This document shows, in pieces, positions 38,277 through 47,118 of a stretch of 64,000 nt of DNA. The stretch's first letter is position 1; every line of letters begins with the position of its first letter. The notes under the pieces are model-generated. The model was not told the DNA's origin. It saw only the letters and a program-made list of their open reading frames with translations, and did no database searches. The DNA lies in contig CAVYGB010000010.1 of assembly GCA_963767925.1 (NCBI GenBank), forward strand, positions 1,088,001-1,152,000, written 5' to 3'. Source of the stretch: an uncultured delta proteobacterium. Lineage in GTDB: Bacteria > Myxococcota_A > Polyangia > Fen-1088. A program made the translations under genes and the position numbers.

Positions 38277-39620
38277 TCAGCTCGCCACGGTGGTGCGCTG
38301 GTTGAAATGGTCGCGGAGGGTGGTGCCGGTGTAGTCCTTGCGGAAGACGCCGCGGTGCTGGAGGACGGGGACGACCAGATCGACGATCTCGGCGAAGGAG
38401 CCGGGGGTGTAGGTCGGGGTGATGTTGAAGCCATCGATCTGGGATTCTTCGGCCAGGGCGATGAGCTGGTCGGCGACCTGCTCGGGGTCGCCGACTATCT
38501 GGGGCTGGGCGACGCTGCGGCCATAGAGGGCGGCTGCTGTGCGGAGGGTGACCTTCTCGTGGTGCATCTTGGTGAAGACCTCGAACAGGCCCTGGATGCC
38601 GGGCAGGTCCTGGATGTCTTCCACGTAGGTGTCCAGGTCCCGTTTGGAGAAGTCGTAGCCGGTGTGGCCGGAGAGCAGGGCCAGGCTGCCCTCGACCGAG
38701 ACCAGCTCGTTGATCTCCTGCTGCTTCTCCCGGGCGCTGCGCTCGTTTTCGCCGACGATGATCTGGATGCCGGCGATGACCTTCGGCAAGGTGGCGCGGC
38801 CGGCCTGGCTGGCGCGCTCCCGGATGTCCTTGGCGTAAGACGCCAGGGCCCGGCCGGTGAGCTGGATGGTGAAGGCGGCCTCCGCCCACTTGGCGCAGAA
38901 GTCCCGGCCCGGGCCCGAGGCCCCGGCCTGGATCAACACGGGGTGCCCTTGCGGCGAGGGGGCGACGGGGGAGAAGCCCGGGCAGCTGAAGTATTTGCCC
39001 CGGTGGTTGATCTCGTGGATTTTCCGGGGGTCGATGAAGACGTCGCCGGCCCGGTCCATGACCACCGCGTCGCTGTCCCAGCTCTTCCAGAGCTTGAAGC
39101 AGACCTCCAGGAACTCGTCGGCCCGGGCGTACCGTTCGTCGTGGGCCGTCATCTTCTCGAGGCCCATGTTGAGGGCCTCGTCCTTGTGGAACGAGGTCAC
39201 GATGTTCCAGCCGATCCGGCCCTTCGTCAGGTGGTCGAGGGTGGAGAGCTTTCGCACCGCCATGTAGGGGGCGTAGTAGCTGACCGAAAGCGTGCTGAGG
39301 AAGCCGAGCCGGCTGGTGCTGGCGGCCATCATCGGGATGAGGAGCAAGGGGTCGTGCACCGGGAACTGCACCGCGTGGCGGACGGTGGCGTCGCGGCTGC
39401 CCTGAAACGTGCCGTAGGCCGCGAGCTGGTCGGCGAAGAAGACGCCGTCGAACTTCCCCCGCTCGAGGGTGCGGGCCGCCTCTTGCCACATCTCGGGCTG
39501 GGCGAAGCTGAACCCGGCGGCGTTGTTGCGCGGGTGTCGCCAGGAGCCGACCGTGTGGTTCATGGGGCTGTGGATCACGAACCCGAAGAGGTGCAGGTGC
39601 TTCTTGTAACTGGCGCTCAT
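38277..39620 (-). CDS. NtaA/DmoA/DszA-family FMN-dependent monooxygenase (LLM class)
   Basis: ATG 39620; 'GSWRHP', 'LERGKFDGVFFAD', 'GRIGWNIVTS', 'PVLIQAGASGPGRDF'. Confidence 0.93.
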   Translation of the reverse strand: MSASYKKHLHLFGFVIHSPMNHTVGSWRHPRNNAAGFSFAQPEMWQEAARTLERGKFDGVFFADQLAAYGTFQGSRDATVRHAVQFPVHDPLLLIPMMAASTSRLGFLSTLSVSYYAPYMAVRKLSTLDHLTKGRIGWNIVTSFHKDEALNMGLEKMTAHDERYARADEFLEVCFKLWKSWDSDAVVMDRAGDVFIDPRKIHEINHRGKYFSCPGFSPVAPSPQGHPVLIQAGASGPGRDFCAKWAEAAFTIQLTGRALASYAKDIRERASQAGRATLPKVIAGIQIIVGENERSAREKQQEINELVSVEGSLALLSGHTGYDFSKRDLDTYVEDIQDLPGIQGLFEVFTKMHHEKVTLRTAAALYGRSVAQPQIVGDPEQVADQLIALAEESQIDGFNITPTYTPGSFAEIVDLVVPVLQHRGVFRKDYTGTTLRDHFNQRTTVAS

Positions 39621-39826
39621 CTTGGCGCGGCGATTCAGCAGGAAGTATGCCTGGCCTGGCGGGAAGGCCTCTCGCGGTGCGCTCCTGGAACGACCCGTCC
39701 GGGCGATGGCTGCTCCACACGCAGGATTGCCTCTGCGCTGCTCCGCCAGCAGCAGCTCCGGCGTCGACCGGCCCGAACGAACCCCGTTGCGCGGGACGTG
39801 CGCGCCGCCCGGCGCCTCGAAGGGTG

Positions 39827-39842
39827 TGGCACGGAGGCTGCT
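39827..39842 (+). promoter_or_regulatory. Sigma-54 (-24/-12) promoter candidate
   Basis: TGGCACG-GAGG-CTGCT with correct GG-N10-GC spacing, 37 bp before the ATG at 39879. Confidence 0.65.
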
Positions 39843-39878
39843 TGGGCCGGGTAACCCAGATCGAGGAGGAGCTCCCGC

Positions 39879-41143
39879 ATGACCACGTCGGCCGCGATTG
39901 AACCTGTTTCCAGTGCCTCCAACGGCAAGGCCCGCAACGGCGCCAGCCCCGGCGCCCTGCGCCTCGACTCGCCCGAGCTGAAGGCGCTGCTCGACGAGAT
40001 CGCGGCCGGCGCTTCGGAGCGCGAGGCCAAGCGCATCGCGCCCCACCCGCAGATCCGGCAGATCGCCGAGGCGGGCCTCGGGCGGCTCCGGGTTCCGGTC
40101 GCCGAGGGGGGCGCCGGCGTCTCCCTCCGGGCGCTGTTCCAGTTCCTGATCCAGCTCGCCGAGGCGGACTCCAACGTCGCGCACATCTTGCGCGTCCACT
40201 ACTGGTTCGTGGAGGCGCAGCTCCAGCGGCCCGCCACCGACCCGCGACGCGCCCGGAACCTCGCCCTGGTCAACCAGGGCCACATCTTCGGCAACGCCTT
40301 CAGCGAGCAGAGCCAGCGCCCCGTCGGGCTGTACTTCGACACGACCCTCACGCCCGACGCCTCCGGCAAGGGCCACCGCCTGAACGGGAAGAAGTACTAC
40401 TCGACCGGCAGCCTGTTCTCGACCTACACGGCGGTCTTCGCGACGCCCCCCCGCAAGACCATCGCGGCCGCCCTCGTCCCCATCGACCGCGAGGGCCTCA
40501 AGCTCGAGGACGACTGGGATGGCTTCGGCCAGCGGCTCACGGGGACCGGGTCGACCATCCTGGACAACGTGTTCGTGGCCGAGGACGAGGTCGAGGACTT
40601 CGGCAATCCCGACGATCCCCAGCCGCCCACCTATCAATACGCCTTCCTCCAGCTCTTCTTGCAGGCGGTCGCCGCCGGCATCGTGCGCGCGGTGAGGAAC
40701 GACGCGGTGGCGCTGGTGCGGCGGCGCAAGCGCAACTTCAGCCAGGCCCAGGCCCAGGCGCCGGCGGCCGATCCGCAACTGTTGCAGGTGGTGGGCGAGA
40801 TCGCGGCCGACGCGTTCGCGGCGGAGGCCATCGTGCTCGCGGCGACGTGATCGGCGAGGCCGCCGCGTCGGTGAAAGATGGGCTACCCGACCGGGCGGCC
40901 GCCGAGCGGGCGCAGATCGCCTCGGCCCAGGCCAAGGTGGCCGTCGACCGCTTCGCCCACGAGACGGCGAGCCGGCTGTTCGACGCGGGCGGCGCCTCGG
41001 CGACCCAGGCGGTCTACAATCTGGATCGGCACTGGCGGAATTTGAGGACGGCGTCGACGCATAATCCCGTCTTCGCGAAGGCGACGGCGGTGGGGGATTT
41101 CTTCGTGAATGGGAAGGCGCCGCCCAGCAACGGGTACTTCTAG
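39879..41143 (+). CDS. Acyl-CoA dehydrogenase-family flavoprotein (DszC/SfnB-like), frameshifted near 40843
   Basis: 'LNGKKYYSTGSLF', 'DDWDGFGQRLTGTGST', and 'LDRHWRNLRTASTHNP' in the next frame; one extra C gives 'LAADVIGEAA'. Confidence 0.88.
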
Positions 41144-41174
41144 GGCGCGGGTTCGCGGGGGGGAGGGGCGGATC

Positions 41175-41222
41175 GGGAACGGGGACGGGGACGCATACGG
41201 GGACGGGGACGGGGAGGGGACG
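41175..41222 (+). repeat. G-rich hexamer repeat (GGGGAC)n
   Basis: gggaac ggggac ggggac ... ggggac ggggac ggggag ggga in the intergenic region. Confidence 0.6.
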
Positions 41223-41373
41223 GATCGGAGGACGGTCAGGGGCTTCCCGGGAGGGGGTGGCGGGCGCGCCCCCGCGGGGGCTGGTACGGCTGTCGTTGGC
41301 CTGCTGGCGGGGGTCGGCTATTCTCGGCCTCCTTCTGGCTCCTTGCGCGAACTGTTCCTCGGAGGCACCTCAC

Positions 41374-42369
41374 ATGCAACGCCGTCGCTCGCTCAGCCTG
41401 GCTTCTGCCCTCTTCACCTTGCCGCTCCTCGTGCTGGCTTCGGCCTGTAAAAAAGAGGCTGCTCCCGCCCCCGGCGCGCAGTCTGGAGCGGCGAAAGCCG
41501 GCGATCCCTGCCAGGAGTACGCCGAGAAGGTGTGCACCCAGGCCGGGGCCGCCTCCCCCACCTGCGGCTCGTTCAAGGCGGCGGTCGAGATCATGCCTCC
41601 GGAGGCCTGCACCGCCGGCATCGCCGGGCTCGCCACGACGAAGACCAAGCTGGCCAACCTGCGCAAGCTCTGCGACGACCTGGCGGCGAAGCTGTGCAAG
41701 GACGTCGACGACACAAAGACCTGCGACATGGTGAAGCAGCAGACCACCAGCTTCCCGGTCGAACAGTGCAAGAGCATGATGTCGGACTATGCGAAGGTCC
41801 TGGAGCAGGTGAAGCGGATCGCCGCCGCCAACAAGCCCCTCCCGGCCGACCAGCAGGCCAAGATCGCGGTCGGCGACGTGCCCGCCTTCGGCCCCAAGGA
41901 CGCCAAGGTCACCATCGTCGAGTTCTCCGACTTCCAGTGTCCCTACTGCACGAAGGCCGCCGACGCGGTCAAGGAGCTCAAGAAGGCCTACGGCGAGAAG
42001 GTGCGCTTCGTGTTTCGCCAGTTCCCGCTCGACTTCCACAAGCAGGCCCACGAGGCCTCCCAGGCCGCCCTGGCCGCGCACGCCCAGGGCAAGTTCTGGC
42101 CCTACCACGACCTCCTGTTCGCCAATCAAGCGGCCCTGATGCCGGCGGATCTGGAGAAATACGCCAAGCAGACCGGCCTGAACATGGCCGCCTTCAAGAC
42201 CGCCCTGAAGGACAAGACCCACGCCAAGACCGTCGACGCCGACCTGGCCCTCGGCCAGGAGGTCGCCGTGCAGGGCACGCCTACCATGTTCCTGAACGGC
42301 GAGCGCGTCCCCAACCCGACCGACTTCAAGGCCATCGCGGCCATGATCGACAAGGAGCTGGCCAAGTAG
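41374..42369 (+). CDS. DsbA-family thioredoxin-fold lipoprotein with Cys-rich N-terminal domain
   Basis: Lipobox 'ASAC'; 'EFSDFQCPYC', 'VQGTPTMFLNG'; GGAGG ribosome-binding site. Confidence 0.92.
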   Translation: MQRRRSLSLASALFTLPLLVLASACKKEAAPAPGAQSGAAKAGDPCQEYAEKVCTQAGAASPTCGSFKAAVEIMPPEACTAGIAGLATTKTKLANLRKLCDDLAAKLCKDVDDTKTCDMVKQQTTSFPVEQCKSMMSDYAKVLEQVKRIAAANKPLPADQQAKIAVGDVPAFGPKDAKVTIVEFSDFQCPYCTKAADAVKELKKAYGEKVRFVFRQFPLDFHKQAHEASQAALAAHAQGKFWPYHDLLFANQAALMPADLEKYAKQTGLNMAAFKTALKDKTHAKTVDADLALGQEVAVQGTPTMFLNGERVPNPTDFKAIAAMIDKELAK

Positions 42370-42389
42370 GCCAGGCTCGAGCCGGCGCC

Positions 42390-43349
42390 TCAGGTGCCGG
42401 TGTCGAAGAGGACCTTCCATCGGCCGTCGGGTTGCCGGCGCCAGATGGTGACGTAGGCGCCCCGGTGGGTCTCGCTGCGGGCGCCGCTGACGTCGGGGGC
42501 GGTGAAGCGGGAGGTGCCCACGGTGTAGCCGAGGTCGCCAGCGGGAGACAGGCCCGAGGCGACCGGGGCCCACTCGATCTGGACGCCCTTGTCGAACAGG
42601 GGCGCCATCGCGGCGCGGATGCCGTCGCCGGTCTGCGCGGCTTGCAGGCGCCGGTTCCACAGCGCCCCGGCGGGATCGAAGGCCGCCACCCAGGCGGCCT
42701 GGCCGCGGGCGGCGCTGTCGGCGGCGAAGGCGCGATCGGCGGTCTCCAGATCTTCGGCCCGTCCGGGCCGACCCAGCGTCCAGCGGTAGTCCTCGGCGGG
42801 GGCGTCGCCCTCGACGCGCGCGATGAGGGCGTCGCCCTCGCGCCGGTAGTGGATCACCTTGGGAAAGTCGTGCTGGGGGTTGGCGAACGTTGCTGCATTC
42901 GCTGCATTCGCTGCATTCGCTGCGCCGGCCGCGCCGGCCGCGGTCGCGGGGAAGGCCACCTCGCGCCGCCCGTTGGGCATGGCGACGTAGCGGAGACCGC
43001 CCGCGGCCTTCTCGATCAGCAGCGCCTCGAAGAGGACGGTCTTGCCGTCACGGACCGAAAATCCCACGCCCCACAGGACACCCCCCGCCTCCGCCCAGTG
43101 CTCGACGCCCGCCGGCCGCTCCCACCGCCCCAGGAGCCACGCGAGCTCCGACCCCAGCGGCGGCGTCACCGGCCCGGTCGCCGGGACCTGGCCGGCCGCC
43201 GGCGGCTGGCCGGCGGCCGGGGCGCCCGCGCGATGGCCGCAGGCGGCCACCAGGAGGGACGTGAGGAGAGAAGTGAGAAGGAAGGGCAAGGACCGCGCCC
43301 GCGCGCGCCCCACCCGGGAGAGAACCTCGTCGCTGCGCCGCCGCTTCAC
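42390..43349 (-). CDS. Lipoprotein fusing a DUF6265-like domain to an NTF2/SnoaL-like (DUF4440-type) domain
   Basis: 'LAWLLGRW', 'FANPQHDFPKVIHYRR', 'GDLGYTVG...YVTIWRRQPDGRWKVLFDTG'; start uncertain. Confidence 0.72.
   Translation of the reverse strand: MKRRRSDEVLSRVGRARARSLPFLLTSLLTSLLVAACGHRAGAPAAGQPPAAGQVPATGPVTPPLGSELAWLLGRWERPAGVEHWAEAGGVLWGVGFSVRDGKTVLFEALLIEKAAGGLRYVAMPNGRREVAFPATAAGAAGAANAANAANAATFANPQHDFPKVIHYRREGDALIARVEGDAPAEDYRWTLGRPGRAEDLETADRAFAADSAARGQAAWVAAFDPAGALWNRRLQAAQTGDGIRAAMAPLFDKGVQIEWAPVASGLSPAGDLGYTVGTSRFTAPDVSGARSETHRGAYVTIWRRQPDGRWKVLFDTGT
42892..42923. repeat. In-frame 9-bp tandem repeat (GCTGCATTC)x3.5 encoding AAN repeats
   Basis: Directly visible; AT-richer than the surrounding codons. 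Confidence 0.85.
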
Positions 43350-43429
43350 CCGACAGGTGTTACACCGCCCGGGGGGGACTGAAAAGCCCGGCGACGTCCG
43401 CCCGGCTCGCGGCCGCAGGTTCGGCGCCG

Positions 43430-43789
43430 TCAGGGCGCGGCCAGTAGCTCGATCCGGTTGCCGAAGGGATCGAAGACGTACACGTGCTCGAGGCCGGGGT
43501 CGTCGTCTTCTTCGACGGTGATGCCCGCGGCGCGCAGCCGGGCCACCAGCGCGGCCAGGTCGCGGACCAGCAGGCCGGGATGGGCCTTGCGGGCGGGCTG
43601 GAAGTCGGCGTCCACGCCCAGGTGCAGCCGCAGCTCCCCCTGCTCGAACCAGGCTCCTCCGCGCCGGGCCCGCTCCGGCGGCTTGGGCACCTCGGGGATG
43701 CCGAGCAAGCCGGCGTAGAACGCACGCGCCTCCTCTTCCCGTCCCCGCGGCATCGCGAGCTGCACGTGATGAAGCCCGATCACGGTCAT
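43430..43789 (-). CDS. VOC/glyoxalase family protein
   Basis: 'LHHVQLAMPRGREEEARAFYAGLLG...DPFGNRIEL'. Confidence 0.9.
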   Translation of the reverse strand: MTVIGLHHVQLAMPRGREEEARAFYAGLLGIPEVPKPPERARRGGAWFEQGELRLHLGVDADFQPARKAHPGLLVRDLAALVARLRAAGITVEEDDDPGLEHVYVFDPFGNRIELLAAP

Positions 43790-43888
43790 CTTTCCTCTTG
43801 CCTCCTCGTCGTCGTGGGTCGTCGGTCGTCGCGATGGTACCAGCACGCCAGCCGTGCCCGGGCCTTCTCTGGCGAAGCCGCCGCGGCG

Positions 43889-44296
43889 TCAGTACAGCGA
43901 GACGGCCGAGCCGCGCAGGGCAGCGCCGGGATCGGCACGCGCCACGACCGGCTCGAGCTCCTGGCCCCCGGCAGAAGGAGCCCCCGCCCCGTTCAAGCAG
44001 CCGGCCAGGCAGGTTGACCACTCGGTCGAGCACAGGGCCCGGACGCGGTTCACCTCGGAATCCACCGGATCGGCGGGCGCCTTTCGCACGCAGGTGTCGT
44101 GCCGCCGGTAACAGCGATCGAAGCAGCTCCCGGGCTGCCGGGCGCCGGCGCTCGCGATGTCGGAGACCGCCGACTCCCGGCCGGGCCCGCCCGCCTGCTC
44201 GAGCTCGAGCTCGAGCGGAGGACCGCAGCCCCCCACGGCCAGGAAGGTGAGTGCCAGCACGGCCAGACGAGAAACGATGCGACGCAGGTCGAGCAT
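43889..44296 (-). CDS. Small Cys-rich lipoprotein
   Basis: AAGGA ribosome-binding site, lipobox 'AVGGC', 'CFDRCYRRHDTC...CSTEWSTCLAGC'. Confidence 0.65.
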   Translation of the reverse strand: MLDLRRIVSRLAVLALTFLAVGGCGPPLELELEQAGGPGRESAVSDIASAGARQPGSCFDRCYRRHDTCVRKAPADPVDSEVNRVRALCSTEWSTCLAGCLNGAGAPSAGGQELEPVVARADPGAALRGSAVSLY

Positions 44297-44340
44297 GAGA
44301 GTTCCTTTCGTTCGAGCCCGCTTCCCGGGCCTCTCTGCTC

Positions 44341-44988
44341 TCACGCCGATGCCCGCACGACCGTTGGCAGAAAAAGCGTCCGCCTCCGATCGACCACCAG
44401 GCGCGGCCCCGTGCTGTCGTGAAGTACCCGTGCCGCGATCGATCGACCGCAGCCCCCTCCGGCGCTCGCGTGTCGAGGCGTTCGCCGCGCCAGCGCGGTG
44501 CGCTGGTTCGACGGGCCGGGGCCGTCGGCGCAGGCGGCGGCGCGGGCCTGGAGGAGGTCGCGGTCGCGGGGGTTGCTGGCTTGCGCGGCGGCCTGCTCCA
44601 GCTCGGCCCGGGCCTCGGCGCGCCGGCCCAGCCTCACGAGGAGATCGCCGCGCACCGCCGGGAGCAGGTGGTAGCCGCGCAGGGCTGGCTCCTCGGACAG
44701 GCCATCGACCAGCGCCAGGGCTTCGGCGGGCCCGTAGGCCATCGCCACGGCGACCGCGCGGTTCAGCTCGACGACCGGGGAGCCGGTCAGCTCGACCAGG
44801 GCATCGTACAGCGCCACCACCCGTACCCAGTCGGTCTCCTCGGCGCGCGGCGCGACCGCGTGGCAAGCGGCGATGGCCACCTGGATGCCGTAGACGCCCA
44901 GCGGCCGCTGCAGCGCCTCGGCCCGATCGAGCGCGGCGAGCCCCCGGGTGATGAGCAGGCGATCCCAGCGGCTGCGGTCCTGCTCGAG
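44341..44988 (-). pseudogene. C-terminal (DUF6596/TPR) fragment of an ECF RNA polymerase sigma factor; sigma2/sigma4 absent
   Basis: 'LEQDRSRWDRLLITRGL...IQVAIAACHA...TDWVRVVALYDAL...SPVVELNRAVAV...YHLLPAVRGDLL'. Confidence 0.75.
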
Positions 44989-45363
44989 TCAGGGCGTGGT
45001 GGTGAGCTGGAAGACGTTGCCTTCGGGGTCGAGGGCGTCGCGGGAGCGGGGGTTGCGGGCGGGGAGGAGGGTGGCGCCGGCGCGGGTGACCTGGGCGCAG
45101 GCCGCGGCGAGATCGGCGGTGGCGAAGATGAGCTTGATGGGGGTGTCCTCGCGCGGCTGGGGGGGCGTGGTGATCGCGATGTCCCGGGCGATGTGGGGGG
45201 GGATGGCGTGGAGGGCGAAGCGGGCGGCGCCAGCGTCGAAGACGACCCAGCCCTCGCTCGACTCCCCTTCGACGACCGCGAGGCCGAGGCCGTCGCGATA
45301 GAAGGCCTTCAGGCGCTCGGTGTCCTTGGCGAACAGCATCGCCATGTTCAGGGTCAGCTTCAT
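44989..45363 (-). CDS. VOC family protein
   Basis: 'LKAFYRDGLGL', 'RFALHAIP', 'DPEGNVFQL'; ATGA overlap with the upstream GNAT gene. Confidence 0.85.
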   Translation of the reverse strand: MKLTLNMAMLFAKDTERLKAFYRDGLGLAVVEGESSEGWVVFDAGAARFALHAIPPHIARDIAITTPPQPREDTPIKLIFATADLAAACAQVTRAGATLLPARNPRSRDALDPEGNVFQLTTTP

Positions 45364-46253
45364 GGCTGCTCCGGGGGCGTGAGGGTTGGTGGGGGGCGGA
45401 CCAGGATGGCGCGGGTGTAGAGGAGGTCGAAGCCGTGGCGCTGGACGTTCTGTTGCGACCGGGAGCCGGGCTGGGTGGTGACGACGGCGAGGTCGCAGCC
45501 GGCGGCGGCGGCGCGGGACAGGCGGGCGAGGAAGAGGGCGCTCTGGACGCCCTGGCGGCGGTGGGCGGGCAGGGTCGCGGCGCCGGCGAGCTGGGCGAGG
45601 CCGTCGGCGATGCGGAGGCTGGCGGCGCCCACGACCTGACCGCCCCGCCGCGCCAGGTAGCGGACGAAGCCGGGGACGGTGGCGAGGTCGCGCATGGCCT
45701 CCTCGAGGGCGGCCTGGGGAAAGCTCTCCTGACTGGCCACGCCCTGGCTGTCGGGGTGGGCGAAGCCGTCGACGGCGGTGTCGAGCCAGACCCGGTCGTC
45801 GTGCTCGCCCTCGCAGGTGACCACCTCGATCCCGGGGGCGGCGGCGCGCGCGCCGGCGGCGGATGGCAAGCGGGTGGCCAGCACGTTCTCGAAGCCGACA
45901 AGGCGGTACCCGCGCCCGCCGAGCTGCTCGGCGATGCCCGGCTCGGCGAGGGTGGAGAGCTCGACCTGCACCGGCGTGGTCCGCGCGTCGAAGGCCGCCG
46001 CGATCGCGTCCAGCTCGGCGTCGGCCGGCGGCCCGGCAAAACCCAGCCCGGCCACCTTGTTGAAGGGGGCGCCCGCCCCCGTCCAGGCCGCCACGCCCCC
46101 CGCGACGCCCAGCACGGCCGGCCCGCGGCGCCCCTCGGCCCGCGCCCGCGCCATCGCGGCTTCGCCCGCCGCCCGGATCATCCGGGCCTCGGCCAGCTCG
46201 ATGCGCGCCGCCAGCTCGACCGAGCAAAAGATCGGCTCTCGCACATCACCCAT
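45360..46253 (-). CDS. GNAT-family N-acetyltransferase
   Basis: 'AQLAGAATLPAHRRQGVQSAL', 'SRSQQNVQRHGF'. Confidence 0.88.
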   Translation of the reverse strand: MGDVREPIFCSVELAARIELAEARMIRAAGEAAMARARAEGRRGPAVLGVAGGVAAWTGAGAPFNKVAGLGFAGPPADAELDAIAAAFDARTTPVQVELSTLAEPGIAEQLGGRGYRLVGFENVLATRLPSAAGARAAAPGIEVVTCEGEHDDRVWLDTAVDGFAHPDSQGVASQESFPQAALEEAMRDLATVPGFVRYLARRGGQVVGAASLRIADGLAQLAGAATLPAHRRQGVQSALFLARLSRAAAAGCDLAVVTTQPGSRSQQNVQRHGFDLLYTRAILVRPPPTLTPPEQP

Positions 46254-46341
46254 GCCCCTCATGATAACGCGCCCGCCGCCCCCCACGTTCCATCGTCTCC
46301 GCGGGCGGGATGCGAACGCACCGGTGCTGGCCCCGGCGGGA

Positions 46342-47115
46342 TCAGAGGGCGCGAAACTCGAAGCGAACGAAGGTGCAGAAGGGGATGGGGAGGTTGCCGG
46401 CCAGCAGGGGGCGGTAGCGCCAGGTGGCCAGGGTGGCGGCGACGTGGCTGTCGAGGGCGGGGTGCGCGGGGCGCTCGATCGAGGCCAGGGTGACCTGGCC
46501 GGTCTCGGACACGCAGACCCGCGAAAGGACGATGTAGCTCTCGCCCGAGCGGGCCAGCGCGGGCGGCAGGCGCGGCAGGTCCCCGGCGACCTTCTGGGTG
46601 GCGCCGAGCGCCTCGGGCAGGAAGCGCGGGCGCTTCGCGGGCGCCGGCGCCGCGGCGGGGGGACCGGGGTTTCCGGTCGAGGCGCCGGCGGGCGCCGGGC
46701 TGGCCGAAGCGATGGCCGGCGCGGCGGGGGCCGCTGCCTCCGCGGGCCCCTCGACCGGCGGCGCGGCGACCGGTGGCTGCGTGACCGGGGACTCGGCGGC
46801 GGGGGGCGCCAGCAGCGCCAGCTCGGGGCGAGCCGGGCGCGGGCGGCGCTTCGGGATCCGGGGCGCCGGGGCCGCGGCCACCGCGGGTGGCGCGGGCGCC
46901 GCGACCGCGGGCGCCGGGGTCGGGCGCTGGGAAAACGGCAGGCGGAGCGTGACGGGGACGAAGGTGGGCAGCGCCGCCTTCACCGCCGGCGGCAGGAAGA
47001 GGGCGGCGGCGCCGAGGACCAGAGCGGTGTGGCCGACGCCGGACGCGATGAGCGCGACAAGGCGCCCGGCCCGCGGCCGCGGTCTCGACTCATCGAGGAA
47101 CATCTCGAAGGCCAT
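46342..47115 (-). CDS. Energy transducer TonB-like protein
   Basis: N-terminal TM with 'SGVGH', Pro-rich linker, C-terminal 'CVSETGQV...WRYRP'. Confidence 0.8.
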   Translation of the reverse strand: MAFEMFLDESRPRPRAGRLVALIASGVGHTALVLGAAALFLPPAVKAALPTFVPVTLRLPFSQRPTPAPAVAAPAPPAVAAAPAPRIPKRRPRPARPELALLAPPAAESPVTQPPVAAPPVEGPAEAAAPAAPAIASASPAPAGASTGNPGPPAAAPAPAKRPRFLPEALGATQKVAGDLPRLPPALARSGESYIVLSRVCVSETGQVTLASIERPAHPALDSHVAATLATWRYRPLLAGNLPIPFCTFVRFEFRAL

Positions 47116-47118
47116 GCC

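Larger units (their letters stand above)
35663..38310 (+). pseudogene. FAD-linked (berberine-bridge-like) oxidoreductase pseudogene: IS-interrupted, internally inverted and deleted
   Basis: + strand 'RFVPRPDHVRVV...RSGEHCLEGFV' (35663-35939) and 'DANRGAFEIAAGITLGE' (37809-37861); - strand 'YRRLQFGWGVALPAG...GGGAGNFGIVTRY' (~38209-37862); + strand 'RTKVKDACLRRGLGEDQL' (~38210-38310). Confidence 0.75.

Noticed and set aside
44960..44991. Selenocysteine recoding of the VOC gene's TGA
   Set aside because: The position is not a catalytic Cys site in either domain, and I could not identify a convincing SECIS hairpin.
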